From Promethearchaeota archaeon (lineage in GTDB: Archaea; Asgardarchaeota; Lokiarchaeia; Sigyniarchaeales; SOKP01): a stretch of DNA of 64,000 nucleotides. Below the pieces are notes generated by a model that saw only the letters and a list, made by a program, of their open reading frames with translations, did not search any database and had not been told where the DNA came from. The DNA is taken from contig JAGXNO010000001.1 of NCBI GenBank assembly GCA_019894975.1, forward strand, positions 1 to 64,000. Reading direction: 5' to 3'. This document shows positions 1-9,529 of the stretch, in pieces. Each line of letters starts with the position of its first letter. The first letter of the stretch is position 1. Both the position numbers and the translations under genes were made by a program.

Positions 1-127
1 ATATTAATACTTTACTTAGAATTTTAAAAAAAATGGAATTTTAATCAAGCTTCTCTTTGATATAATATAATTAATACCAGATTCTTGATTTAACTTAAGA
101 CCAGAAATATATAATGCTGAATTCGAA

Positions 128-886
128 ATGAAGGAAAAACCAATTGAAGAATCTCAAGAATTAAATGAAATATTTTTGACAAAAGAACTCACTAAACAAG
201 ATGTATTAATTTACTGTAAAGATCTTGTTAAAAATTATGAAATTGGGGACTTCATAGTAAAAGCCGTAGATAAGATATCACTAGAAATAAAATACGGTGA
301 ATTTACTGTCATTGTAGGTCCAAGTGGGGCGGGAAAAACTACTTTGCTCAATTTATTCGGTGGATTAGATTCTCCTAATTCAGGAACAGTTTACAACCAA
401 GGAGTTATAATTTCTGATATGGATCAAGAGTCTCTTACTTTATTTCGATTAATTAATTCGGGATTTATATTCCAGAATTATAATCTAATCAGCACTCTTA
501 CAGCTGAAGAAAATATTATGTTTCCTATGAATCTTGCTGGAATGAAATTTGAAGAACAGAGAGAACGTGCTGTAAAACTGTTAAAAAAAATGAGATTGGA
601 TGAAAGAAGAGAGCACTTACCATTCCAATTATCTGCTGGTGAACAACAGAGAGTTGCTATCGCTAGAGCTTTGGCAAATAACCCTCCCGTGATTTTAGCT
701 GATGAACCGACTGCTAACCTTGACAAAAAGACAAGCCAATTTATTAAGGAACTTTTTCAAGATTTAAAATCTGGTGAGAGAACTATAATTATCGCTACTC
801 ACGATGATGATCTAATAGCCTTAGCTGACAAGATAATCTCATTTGATGAGGGAAAAGTAATAGAAGTAAAAGTACAATCAACTTAA
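128..886 (+). CDS. ABC transporter ATP-binding protein (LolD/MacB-like)
   Basis: Walker A GPSGAGKTT, signature LSAGEQQRV, Walker B ILADEPT, H-loop ATHD. Confidence 0.93.
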   Translation: MKEKPIEESQELNEIFLTKELTKQDVLIYCKDLVKNYEIGDFIVKAVDKISLEIKYGEFTVIVGPSGAGKTTLLNLFGGLDSPNSGTVYNQGVIISDMDQESLTLFRLINSGFIFQNYNLISTLTAEENIMFPMNLAGMKFEEQRERAVKLLKKMRLDERREHLPFQLSAGEQQRVAIARALANNPPVILADEPTANLDKKTSQFIKELFQDLKSGERTIIIATHDDDLIALADKIISFDEGKVIEVKVQST

Positions 887-908
887 AAAATAATATCTTA
901 AATCTAAT

Positions 909-2822
909 ATGTCATCATTCGATTTTGCTCTAAAAGATTTTTATCGTAAGAAGAATCAAACAATTCCCTATTTAGTTATTATTATTTTAGTTATTGCTAT
1001 TACAGAATTCTTATTTTATTTTACATCCTCTTTAGGTTTAAATATATTTGTTCAATCTAATTTCTCAAACGAATTATACTTTTCAGGAAGTATTAGTAAG
1101 GTGTATAAACAATTCATTTCAATTGTACAGATTTTAATGATGATTTTAGCTATTTCCATCGTAATCGTAATTTCAACGACTCATATCATAAATAGAAAAA
1201 AGGATATTGGAATAATGAAAGCTTTAGGTACATTACCCCGTAGACTTTACAGTTTTTATCTTATCGAGGTTTATATTATTTTTTTCATTGGCTTCTTCCT
1301 TGGTTTAATAAGTGGATTGCTCTCCTTTGCAATTTTTAGTTTAATATTCAATATTTTTTACTTCAACATAACATTTCAAATAGATGTTATATTTTCTTCA
1401 ATTTTATTTACCTCCTGTTTTTTTGGAATATTTTTTATATCAGGATATTCTTTAAGGAGAATCGGAAGAGAAAATGTCGTAAAAAGCTTTTCAAAAGATA
1501 TCCCTCATAATTATGATGCTTCAAAAAATATTCAATTCATCCCAAAATGGCTTTCTTCGTTAGGAATCAACATTAAACAATCTATAATTAATACATTAAG
1601 AAGAAAAAGTGAATTTAAAAGATATCTTATTGTATTCTCTTTAATTTGTTTGATAATTTTCACTTTAGGATTAGGAACGGTCGTTTTAAGAACCTCATCA
1701 GAAGAATGGATTCATAAGTCTCAAGGAGAAAATATCATTATAATTGGTCATGAAGATGTGATTCAAAATTATTCAATGATGTTTGAAATGTTTTCAGATC
1801 CAAGAATTTTTATTAACGAGACTGATATTAATTTTACAAATTCAAAATACCTGTTCAATAGCAATAATGTGAGTAATATTAAGGCAATTTTTAGTGATAT
1901 CGAAAAGGTTGATGAGAGATTAATAAATTTCTGTGATATTGAAGAAATGAGTAAAACTGTTATTATTAATGGGGATTATGTAACTTATGGAAAGCACAGG
2001 ACTGGTAATTTTCCGATTATCGGAGTAAATTTCAGCAACCTAATTCAAAATTTCGAGATTGAAGGTAACTATTCTACACTTGATTTTGAAATGATTGTGG
2101 GGGATGGTTTAGCCTATAATTATTTTGATAAAGCTCTAATACAAAATCTTAAAATTAATAATGTAGGTAATGAACCTCATCAATTTGAGATAACTGGAGT
2201 AATAATTGATAGTTTTTATAGTGGATATGCAGGATATGTTGATTTAGAATCTTTTCAGGAAAAACATTTATTAAATAATAATACAATTAATATCATTCTC
2301 TTAAAACTGAAAAAGGGGGCTTATAATAATCTTAAAACTGATTTAGAAACCTATATTAAATCCAATTTAGGAAATAATTTTACTCATATGAAACTAGACG
2401 GAGTATTCAAGCAGAATATGAATTTTCTATTAAATTTATCATTATATCCAACGTTTTTAATAATTATTATGGCAATTCTTGGAATTTTATCTCTTTATAA
2501 TTATCAAAAAAGTGGAATAATGGAAAAGGCCAGAGATTTTTTAATTATGAAAGCATTGGGGGCTAGAAATAAAGCAATAAAAAGAATTCTATTCTTGGAA
2601 TCAATTTTTATTCTCATTCCTTCACTTCTAATAAGTTTAGGAATAGGAATGATTCTAAATTCTACCATTATTTTTGGACGAGTATATTTACCACCGTTAT
2701 TTGTCCCTCTTACAGTTTTTATTGTTTTAGTGGCTACTTTTATTTTCTTTAATTATTTAAGCTTAATTCCTATTATGAAGAAAGTTAATAAGTTTTCAAT
2801 TAAGGATTTTGAAATTTACTAA
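909..2822 (+). CDS. FtsX/MacB-type ABC permease
   Basis: Two FtsX-like TM blocks with RKKDIGIMKALG / ARDFLIMKALGA motifs around an extracytoplasmic domain; directly follows the ATPase. Confidence 0.88.
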   Translation: MSSFDFALKDFYRKKNQTIPYLVIIILVIAITEFLFYFTSSLGLNIFVQSNFSNELYFSGSISKVYKQFISIVQILMMILAISIVIVISTTHIINRKKDIGIMKALGTLPRRLYSFYLIEVYIIFFIGFFLGLISGLLSFAIFSLIFNIFYFNITFQIDVIFSSILFTSCFFGIFFISGYSLRRIGRENVVKSFSKDIPHNYDASKNIQFIPKWLSSLGINIKQSIINTLRRKSEFKRYLIVFSLICLIIFTLGLGTVVLRTSSEEWIHKSQGENIIIIGHEDVIQNYSMMFEMFSDPRIFINETDINFTNSKYLFNSNNVSNIKAIFSDIEKVDERLINFCDIEEMSKTVIINGDYVTYGKHRTGNFPIIGVNFSNLIQNFEIEGNYSTLDFEMIVGDGLAYNYFDKALIQNLKINNVGNEPHQFEITGVIIDSFYSGYAGYVDLESFQEKHLLNNNTINIILLKLKKGAYNNLKTDLETYIKSNLGNNFTHMKLDGVFKQNMNFLLNLSLYPTFLIIIMAILGILSLYNYQKSGIMEKARDFLIMKALGARNKAIKRILFLESIFILIPSLLISLGIGMILNSTIIFGRVYLPPLFVPLTVFIVLVATFIFFNYLSLIPIMKKVNKFSIKDFEIY

Positions 2823-2934
2823 GGATTTTATCTTTTACGAAATTAAATAAATTTTATAATAAATGATGAGTTAAATTTTAAAATCTGTAATTTTATTAAT
2901 AAAATAATTCCTAAGAAATAGGTGAGGCTTCGAT

Positions 2935-4278
2935 ATGTCAGATGAAACATTAGAAGATAAAATAAGAGAATTAGAGTTAGAGTTGGAGAAAAAAGAACTT
3001 GAACTTATAGAAAAAGATATTGATTTGCTACAGGAATATATAAAAATGAAATTTCCCACAGATAAGGATACAGATGCATTAAACCTTCTTAATAATAAAT
3101 ACCTTGACAAAATCGAGCAACAACAAGATGTAATAATGACTTTAGAAGCTCTTAAAGAATTAGAGCAAGGAGCTACAAAAAAAAGTAAAAAAATTCAAGC
3201 AGCAGAATCGAGGTTCGCTTATGAGCTTAAAGAGAAAGAAAAATATATTAGAGATCTAAAAAACAGCATGGGTATGTTAAGAAAAGACTACACCCAAACC
3301 CAACAAGAATTTGAAAAATTGAAGAATTCGCTTGAAGAAACTTCCGTTATAAGAGTAGAAGATCTTAGAAAAAAAACCCCCCTAAATGCATTAGTAGCAG
3401 ATTTACAAGATAAAGTAAACAAACAGAAGTCTCAACTTAAAGAAACAACTGAAATCAATCAAAAATTGAAAGATAAAGATGAGATTATCGAAGCTTATAA
3501 GTCAGAAATTAATGATTTAAATCAAAAAATACAAGATTTTAGCTCCGCTTCCCAAAATGAGGGTAGTGATTCAATAACGAAAAATTTAATAGAAGATCTT
3601 CAAAAAGAACTAAACAAATCTAAAAGAGTAGTAATCGATTTAAAACAAAAGCTTTCAAAATATGATAAAAAAAGTAAAAAAGTTGAGAAGAAGGAGGATT
3701 CTGTAGAGATTAAAGAGTTAAAGCAAGAAATTGATATATTGAAAAATGAAATAGCGTCTTTAACAAATGGGAATTTAGTGCCAAACCTAGATCAGAGTGA
3801 TTCTGTGCCTTCCGGAATGATTAAAACATTACAGGATGATTTGCAGAATAAATTAAATAAATCCAAGTTGGAAGTAAAATCACTTCAAGAACAAATTATT
3901 CAGTTTAAGTCTGGAAAATCATCTGAAGTGGGTGACTCACAAAATGGAACTGAAGGAAAATTAAAAATGCAAAGAGAAATGGCAATCTTCTTGCAAAAAC
4001 AACTTGAAAGTAAAGATGGAGAAATCGAAACAATAAAGAATGAAGCAGTACAGATTAAGAAAAGATATAGACAATTAGAAAACCAGTTTCAGACAAAAGA
4101 TCGAAAAATTAGTGACTTGCAAAAGCAAATAGAAGTCTCTCCTGTCCGACCCTCCACTCAAATTCAAGAGGATCCTCAATTGGCATTAAGATTAAGGGAA
4201 CTTAAGAGTTTTATTGAAGACTTAAAAAAAGAAAATATAGAACAGAGATTGGAAATCAATCAATTACGCAAAAATTAA
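2935..4278 (+). CDS. Long coiled-coil protein, function unknown
   Basis: 447 aa, E/K/Q/L-rich heptad pattern throughout, no TM or enzymatic motif; SD GGTGAGG upstream. Confidence 0.7.
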   Translation: MSDETLEDKIRELELELEKKELELIEKDIDLLQEYIKMKFPTDKDTDALNLLNNKYLDKIEQQQDVIMTLEALKELEQGATKKSKKIQAAESRFAYELKEKEKYIRDLKNSMGMLRKDYTQTQQEFEKLKNSLEETSVIRVEDLRKKTPLNALVADLQDKVNKQKSQLKETTEINQKLKDKDEIIEAYKSEINDLNQKIQDFSSASQNEGSDSITKNLIEDLQKELNKSKRVVIDLKQKLSKYDKKSKKVEKKEDSVEIKELKQEIDILKNEIASLTNGNLVPNLDQSDSVPSGMIKTLQDDLQNKLNKSKLEVKSLQEQIIQFKSGKSSEVGDSQNGTEGKLKMQREMAIFLQKQLESKDGEIETIKNEAVQIKKRYRQLENQFQTKDRKISDLQKQIEVSPVRPSTQIQEDPQLALRLRELKSFIEDLKKENIEQRLEINQLRKN

Positions 4279-4362
4279 GAAATATAGATGATATCCGTGT
4301 TAGCATTATTATATCACTAATTTTTAAGGTTATTTTAAATATTTTACAGTGTTAAACTTATT

Positions 4363-5349
4363 ATGGAACTCACATTACATGTGTTAGGAAGTTCCGCAGC
4401 TACTCCTACAAGAGAAAGGAATTTATCTTCAATTGCAATGAGGTACAGAAATAAAATCCTCTTATTTGATTGCGGAGAAGACTTCCAACGTAGATTTGTT
4501 GAGGCTGGCTTGAAATTCAACAAACCTCTTATAATATTAATATCTCATTTTCATGGAGATCATATTATTGGATTACCAGGATTTCTATTTCGTTTAAGTT
4601 TAAATGATAGAAAAGCCCCCATAACGATCGTTGGTCCTAAAAACCTTTTTCTTTATTTATACCTTCACAAAAAAATTCTCGGTTTAAAAGCTAATTATCC
4701 CATTAAAATTATTGAAATTGATCACATAAGTAAGAAGTTAATTGAATTTAGTGGATTAGATTCAGAAGTGCCCAAGAATCAATCCAAAATTCAAGAGAAT
4801 ATAATTTATAGTTCCAAATATTTTTTAATAAAATATACATTGGTCGATCATTCAGTAATAACGTATGCCTATGCATTTATTGAAAATCCCCGTTTTGGAA
4901 AATTTGAACCTGAAAAGGCGAAGGCATTAGGGATTCCCGAAAGCCATCTTTGGAAGAAATTACAAGAAGGTGAAATCATAGAGCATCAAGGAAAGAAGAT
5001 AGATCCAGTAAAAGAAGAAATAGTTGGTCCAAAAAGACCTGGAAGAAAAGTAACTTATTCTGGAGATTTATGTCCAAGTAAATCTTTAATAGAGTTAGGA
5101 AAAGATTCAGATATTATAATTCATGAAGCAACTTTTGCTAAAAACTTAAAGGATATTGCCCAGGAAAAAAAACACTCAACTTCTGTAGACGCGGCTAATG
5201 ATGCAAAAAACATGAATGCCAAGCAACTAATTCTGACTCATATTTCCTCAAGATATCAAGAAGATGCTTCAATACTACTTGAAGAAGCAAAACAAATCTT
5301 TCCTAATACAATTCTCGCGAAAGATCTATTACGAATTACGTTAAATTAA
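4363..5349 (+). CDS. rnz: Ribonuclease Z (tRNase Z)
   Basis: LGSSAATP, DCGE, HFHGDH metallo-beta-lactamase motif, exosite (GKF...GIP...GP), HEAT, HST, LTHISSRY. Confidence 0.95.
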   Translation: MELTLHVLGSSAATPTRERNLSSIAMRYRNKILLFDCGEDFQRRFVEAGLKFNKPLIILISHFHGDHIIGLPGFLFRLSLNDRKAPITIVGPKNLFLYLYLHKKILGLKANYPIKIIEIDHISKKLIEFSGLDSEVPKNQSKIQENIIYSSKYFLIKYTLVDHSVITYAYAFIENPRFGKFEPEKAKALGIPESHLWKKLQEGEIIEHQGKKIDPVKEEIVGPKRPGRKVTYSGDLCPSKSLIELGKDSDIIIHEATFAKNLKDIAQEKKHSTSVDAANDAKNMNAKQLILTHISSRYQEDASILLEEAKQIFPNTILAKDLLRITLN

Positions 5350-5517
5350 CAGTTATAAAGAGAAATTTTTGATAAGATTCTAGATTTATAGTGTCTATTA
5401 TGAATTGTTCAATAAATTATTGAAAATCATAACATATTTACAGCATCATTCATTTACTATTATAGTTCTCAAAGAACTGATAAAAAAATTTAATTTAAGC
5501 AAAAATTGGTTTTAAAA

Positions 5518-5760
5518 TTGACTGAAGGTACAGTTAAATGGTTTAATAACCGTAAAGGTTATGGATTTATAGCAACTGAAGACGGAGAAGATGTATTCGT
5601 TCATCACAGTGCCATTGTTAAGGAGGGTGATGAATTTGCTACACTACATGAAAACGATAAAGTAGAATTTGAAATCACTCAAGGTGATAAAGGTCCTGCT
5701 GCGAGTAAAGTAGTTGTAACTGAAGCCGCTCCTGCCGAAGTTCGAGATTATCGATATTAG
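5518..5760 (+). CDS. cspA: Cold-shock domain protein
   Basis: [15 protein letters not shown] (RNP1), DVFVHHSAI (RNP2), KGPAA; likely TTG start at 5518 (ORF track starts at 5506). Confidence 0.93.
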   Translation: MTEGTVKWFNNRKGYGFIATEDGEDVFVHHSAIVKEGDEFATLHENDKVEFEITQGDKGPAASKVVVTEAAPAEVRDYRY

Positions 5761-5888
5761 GCTTCATTTTGCACCAAATCAATAAAATATAATAATATTT
5801 AATAAGTAGTAGGTAGTAATTAGTAAGACCTTGTTCTGCGATTGTTATCGAATCTTATCTTTTTTTCTTTCTTTAAGAAAAAATATTT

Positions 5889-6281
5889 TTAGAAGAGGGG
5901 GATGTTATCAATATTTAAAATTTCAGGAATTCTTCTATTTCGTTCTAAATATGAAACTTCATGTCGTAAATATCTCCAAGATATTTCGCATTTCTCTGGT
6001 TTACCCTCAACTGGTGTTTCAAACTCCCAAGGATTAATTACAACTAGGTCACCTTTTCTTATCCACACTCTTTTCTTTATTTTACCTCGGATTCTCCCTA
6101 TACGGAGTTTCCCATCTTCACAAAAAACGCCCATCCGTTCTTGACCGTATATCTCAACAACCCGTGCAAACATTTCTCCATTCCTTCTGTAAGGCATCTT
6201 TACCCTCGATACTACTGGAGTTGGAGAGGGTGTGTAACTTCTCCTTCCTTTTTTTTGCTGTTTTTTTTTCATCTTAGGCAT
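5889..6281 (-). CDS. eif1a: Translation initiation factor aIF-1A
   Basis: CEDGKLRIGRIRGKIKKRVWIRKGDLVVINPWE, WRY motif. Confidence 0.95.
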   Translation of the reverse strand: MPKMKKKQQKKGRRSYTPSPTPVVSRVKMPYRRNGEMFARVVEIYGQERMGVFCEDGKLRIGRIRGKIKKRVWIRKGDLVVINPWEFETPVEGKPEKCEISWRYLRHEVSYLERNRRIPEILNIDNIPLF

Positions 6282-6583
6282 TTCTATTCTCCTCTTTAGT
6301 TCTTCTTGCGAGCTTATTATGAATCCTATTTACTGTAAATGTAAAGAGTAATACTTTTAATTTGAAGTTAAAATCGGAATATGTTTCGCATAAAACTTAT
6401 GTCGTGCGATTTGAAAATTTAAAACTAAGCAAAATTCAAAACATATCTTTATAAACTAATAAGATAATATTACCTTTTTAGGTTTTGCCAAATCGTTTGA
6501 TTTACTCAAAATTGAACTTAACTAAATTATTTATTAGTAATTATTAAAAAAGAGAAAATAAAGAAAATATATTTATTTAAGCC

Positions 6584-6793
6584 CTAAGCCCCACCAGCTA
6601 TATGTGGAAGTACAATTACTTCGTCTGTTGGTCCTATTTTAGTTTCTGGAGTTGCATTTTTACTGTTAACAAGTATACCAAAATATTTTCCTTCCAAGTT
6701 CAACTCGCTTAGCAAGTCAGCTACAGTCATAGCTCGATCTGGGGTGAAAGTCTCATAAAGACCTGTATCTAAAAGTTCTTGAGTTTGTTTCAT
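6584..6793 (-). CDS. ThiS/MoaD/SAMP family ubiquitin-like protein
   Basis: TVADLLSEL, ILVN, DEVIVLPHIAGG-A beta-grasp C-terminus. Confidence 0.85.
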   Translation of the reverse strand: MKQTQELLDTGLYETFTPDRAMTVADLLSELNLEGKYFGILVNSKNATPETKIGPTDEVIVLPHIAGGA

Positions 6794-7000
6794 TAGTTTG
6801 TTTCATCTAAAATTTTAATTAAATATATTATAATCTTGATCCTATTTAATATTAATTCCTTAGTCAAATACGTCTCAATTAATCTTAAACATACGAATTC
6901 TGAAGATAAATTTTCACTTATAGAGTCAAAATCACCAAATTTTTTATTTTTTATTTAATTTCTTTACATAGTTGTTATTTGTATTTGAGGAGATCATAAG

Positions 7001-8653
7001 ATTATTGAAGAAGAAGAATTCATTGATTATGCTGAATTTTTAGATAAAATAAGAGCATCTGAGTCTAAAATTAAAACCATTTCTGATCCAATAGAGCGTA
7101 CGAGATCAATAAAAGAGCTAATATCCGCATCAATTGATTTTTCCAATGATATTGCTCAATCCGGAGAATTTTTTGAAGCAGGAGAATTACTTTACTCTGT
7201 TGCCGTGATAATTGAAGATTTGGATTTTTCAGAAGCACTTGATTTATATAATCATATCATAGACTTTTATAGAAAGCAAATTGTTGATTATAAGTTGCAA
7301 GCGAAATTGCATGAAGTTGCTGAACTTTATCTAAGAATTGCTGAGATCTTTCTAGAGAAATTTGAAGATACTCTTTCAGAAAAGAAAAATATCTTAAATA
7401 GTATTAAATTTTTAAAACAAGAGAGCACTCTCTTAAAAGAATTTGATGAAACAAGGAAACTTGCCCAAAATTACCAAAATGTTGCAGAATTATATTGGAA
7501 AACTTCTGATTTTAAAAATGCTATTAAATTTTATGAAAAAGTAATCAAAATTTCGAAAACTCATCTTTTTTATGACATGTTATCTTTTTCGTACCAGCAA
7601 ATGGCTACTTGCTATGAGGAAATTGATGATTATAATAAGGCTCAAGAATCATTATTAGAAGGAATTGATTTTTTCTCAAATTTAGCAACTAGTTTTGAAG
7701 AAAAGAATGAGAGTTTAACCTTAGCTCAAATATATCAAATATTGAAAAATCTATATAAAATAATAGCTGAAGAGGAACAATATATAAATTTTTCTAAGAG
7801 AGAAGCAGGAGCTTATATTGATCTAGCAGAAAAACTTGAGAAAATCCCTGAAAACTATTATAAAATCGCAAGGTATTATCGTGGGGCTGGATTATGTTAC
7901 CAAGAGATTAAAAATAATTTAATTGAATGTGCTTCATGTTTTCTATTAGCTGGAAATTTTTCAGAAAAAATTGAAGACTTTAACCAAGCTGCAATGAATT
8001 TTTTTGATAGTGCTAACGTATTTAAGGAACTTGATAATTTGGAAATGGCTTATAAACATTTTATAAAGGCTGGAGATAGTTTTTGGAAAGTTGGGAGTAT
8101 TAATGAATCAACCGAAAGTTATTTAAACGCATATGATATTGCTATAGAAGGCCATTTGGAGTTTAATAGATTTGGAATCTTTAATCAAATCGTTAGAGGT
8201 TTAAATAAAATCGCTGAAGAAGGGTTAAAAAACAAAAAATTTTTCACTGCGGCAACTCTTATTTTGGAGAGTATAAAATTCTATGAACAACTAGATACAG
8301 CAAAAGACTTTTTGTTACACGAAATGGTCAATAACGTTTATCGATACTACTATCGAGCAGCAAATATGAAAGAGGTAGGATATTCCCATATTGTACTCAG
8401 CTATGTATTAGCATCTATTTCATGTATATTAAATGGCAAGTTAGATAAAGCCTGGAAGATTATCTCTGAAATTGAATATTCCGGTCCAACTATTACAAAA
8501 TATAAAGAAATTATAAAAATAATGATTGAAAAGGTATCTAAAGGTAAACAAGTTGAGATCAATGATTTCCCCTTTCCTTTAAGAAGGATAATTGAGAGTT
8601 CCGAAGAAATCATGTTTCTTTTAAAATTATTCAAAGGATTTATAATAAATTGA
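7001..8653 (+). CDS. TPR-repeat / alpha-SNAP-like helical protein
   Basis: Repeated A-x-x-Y/F-x-x-A-A/G helices (e.g. QAAMNFFDSANVFKELDNLEMAYKHFIKAGD). Frame is open upstream of GTG 7205 to TGA 6986; ATT at 7001/7004 follows GAGGAG. Confidence 0.65.
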   Translation: MIEEEEFIDYAEFLDKIRASESKIKTISDPIERTRSIKELISASIDFSNDIAQSGEFFEAGELLYSVAVIIEDLDFSEALDLYNHIIDFYRKQIVDYKLQAKLHEVAELYLRIAEIFLEKFEDTLSEKKNILNSIKFLKQESTLLKEFDETRKLAQNYQNVAELYWKTSDFKNAIKFYEKVIKISKTHLFYDMLSFSYQQMATCYEEIDDYNKAQESLLEGIDFFSNLATSFEEKNESLTLAQIYQILKNLYKIIAEEEQYINFSKREAGAYIDLAEKLEKIPENYYKIARYYRGAGLCYQEIKNNLIECASCFLLAGNFSEKIEDFNQAAMNFFDSANVFKELDNLEMAYKHFIKAGDSFWKVGSINESTESYLNAYDIAIEGHLEFNRFGIFNQIVRGLNKIAEEGLKNKKFFTAATLILESIKFYEQLDTAKDFLLHEMVNNVYRYYYRAANMKEVGYSHIVLSYVLASISCILNGKLDKAWKIISEIEYSGPTITKYKEIIKIMIEKVSKGKQVEINDFPFPLRRIIESSEEIMFLLKLFKGFIIN

Positions 8654-8807
8654 ATAAACTTTTTTGTATTAAGGTATCTGGATGACGATCTTTGGGAATC
8701 CGTTATTAACAACTTATATGATCTAATTCTCGAAAAAATAGAAATAAAATATTTTTTCTTTTATTTTTTCTTTTTATCAATTACTAAAAAATGATAAAGA
8801 ATATTCC

Positions 8808-9491
8808 ATGATTAAAGAAGAAAAAATCGTTATCAGTTTCGATTTAGATTATACTTTGATAAACAATAAGAAAGGAATTGTTAATTCATTCAATTATGCT
8901 TTGAGAAAATTTAATCTCCCTGAAGTTAATAAAAAGATAATCCACAAAATGATCGGAACTCCATTAAATGAAATGTTCACCAGATTTACAGATATAGAGC
9001 CTTCGGAACTATCCCGTACATTTCGAGAATATTATACAGCTAAAGGAATTTATCAATCCAAATTACTTTCAGGGTCTAAATCTGTCCTAAAAGAGTTGAA
9101 AGTCCACGGTTTTACTTTAGGAGTAATAACCTCAAAGAAGCAAAATATTGCCAGAAAAATTACAGAATATTTAGAAATTGAAAGTTTCTTTGACTTTATT
9201 TTAGGGGAATCTGACTCCATTAAGAGTAAATTAGACCCTTACCTAACAAATTTTTTAAGAGAAACATACCCTGAAAATAAGTTTATAATTATTGGCGATC
9301 ATCCTAAAGATGCCATGCTCGCTAAGAATCTAAATAGTCTATTTATTGGAGTATTAACTGGTTTTCACAGTACACATCAGTTAGAACAGGCGAGAAATCA
9401 AAAAGATCAAACAATAATTGTAAAGGAGATTAAGAAAATATCTGCTGAGCTGATTAAAACCTTTCTACAAAATTCAAATCCAGAAAATTAG
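8808..9491 (+). CDS. HAD-family phosphatase (Gph-like)
   Basis: FDLDYTL motif I, VITSK, IIGDHPKD. Confidence 0.88.
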   Translation: MIKEEKIVISFDLDYTLINNKKGIVNSFNYALRKFNLPEVNKKIIHKMIGTPLNEMFTRFTDIEPSELSRTFREYYTAKGIYQSKLLSGSKSVLKELKVHGFTLGVITSKKQNIARKITEYLEIESFFDFILGESDSIKSKLDPYLTNFLRETYPENKFIIIGDHPKDAMLAKNLNSLFIGVLTGFHSTHQLEQARNQKDQTIIVKEIKKISAELIKTFLQNSNPEN

Positions 9492-9529
9492 CTAAAATTA
9501 AAAAAAGATAAAAAAAAGAATGAAAATCT

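Noticed and set aside
8651-8794. Selenocysteine read-through of the TGA ending the SNAP-like gene, with a SECIS-like ATGA-N11-AA...GA at ~8682-8721
   Set aside because: The required helix above the GA quartet does not pair, and the protein is not a redox-type selenoprotein candidate.
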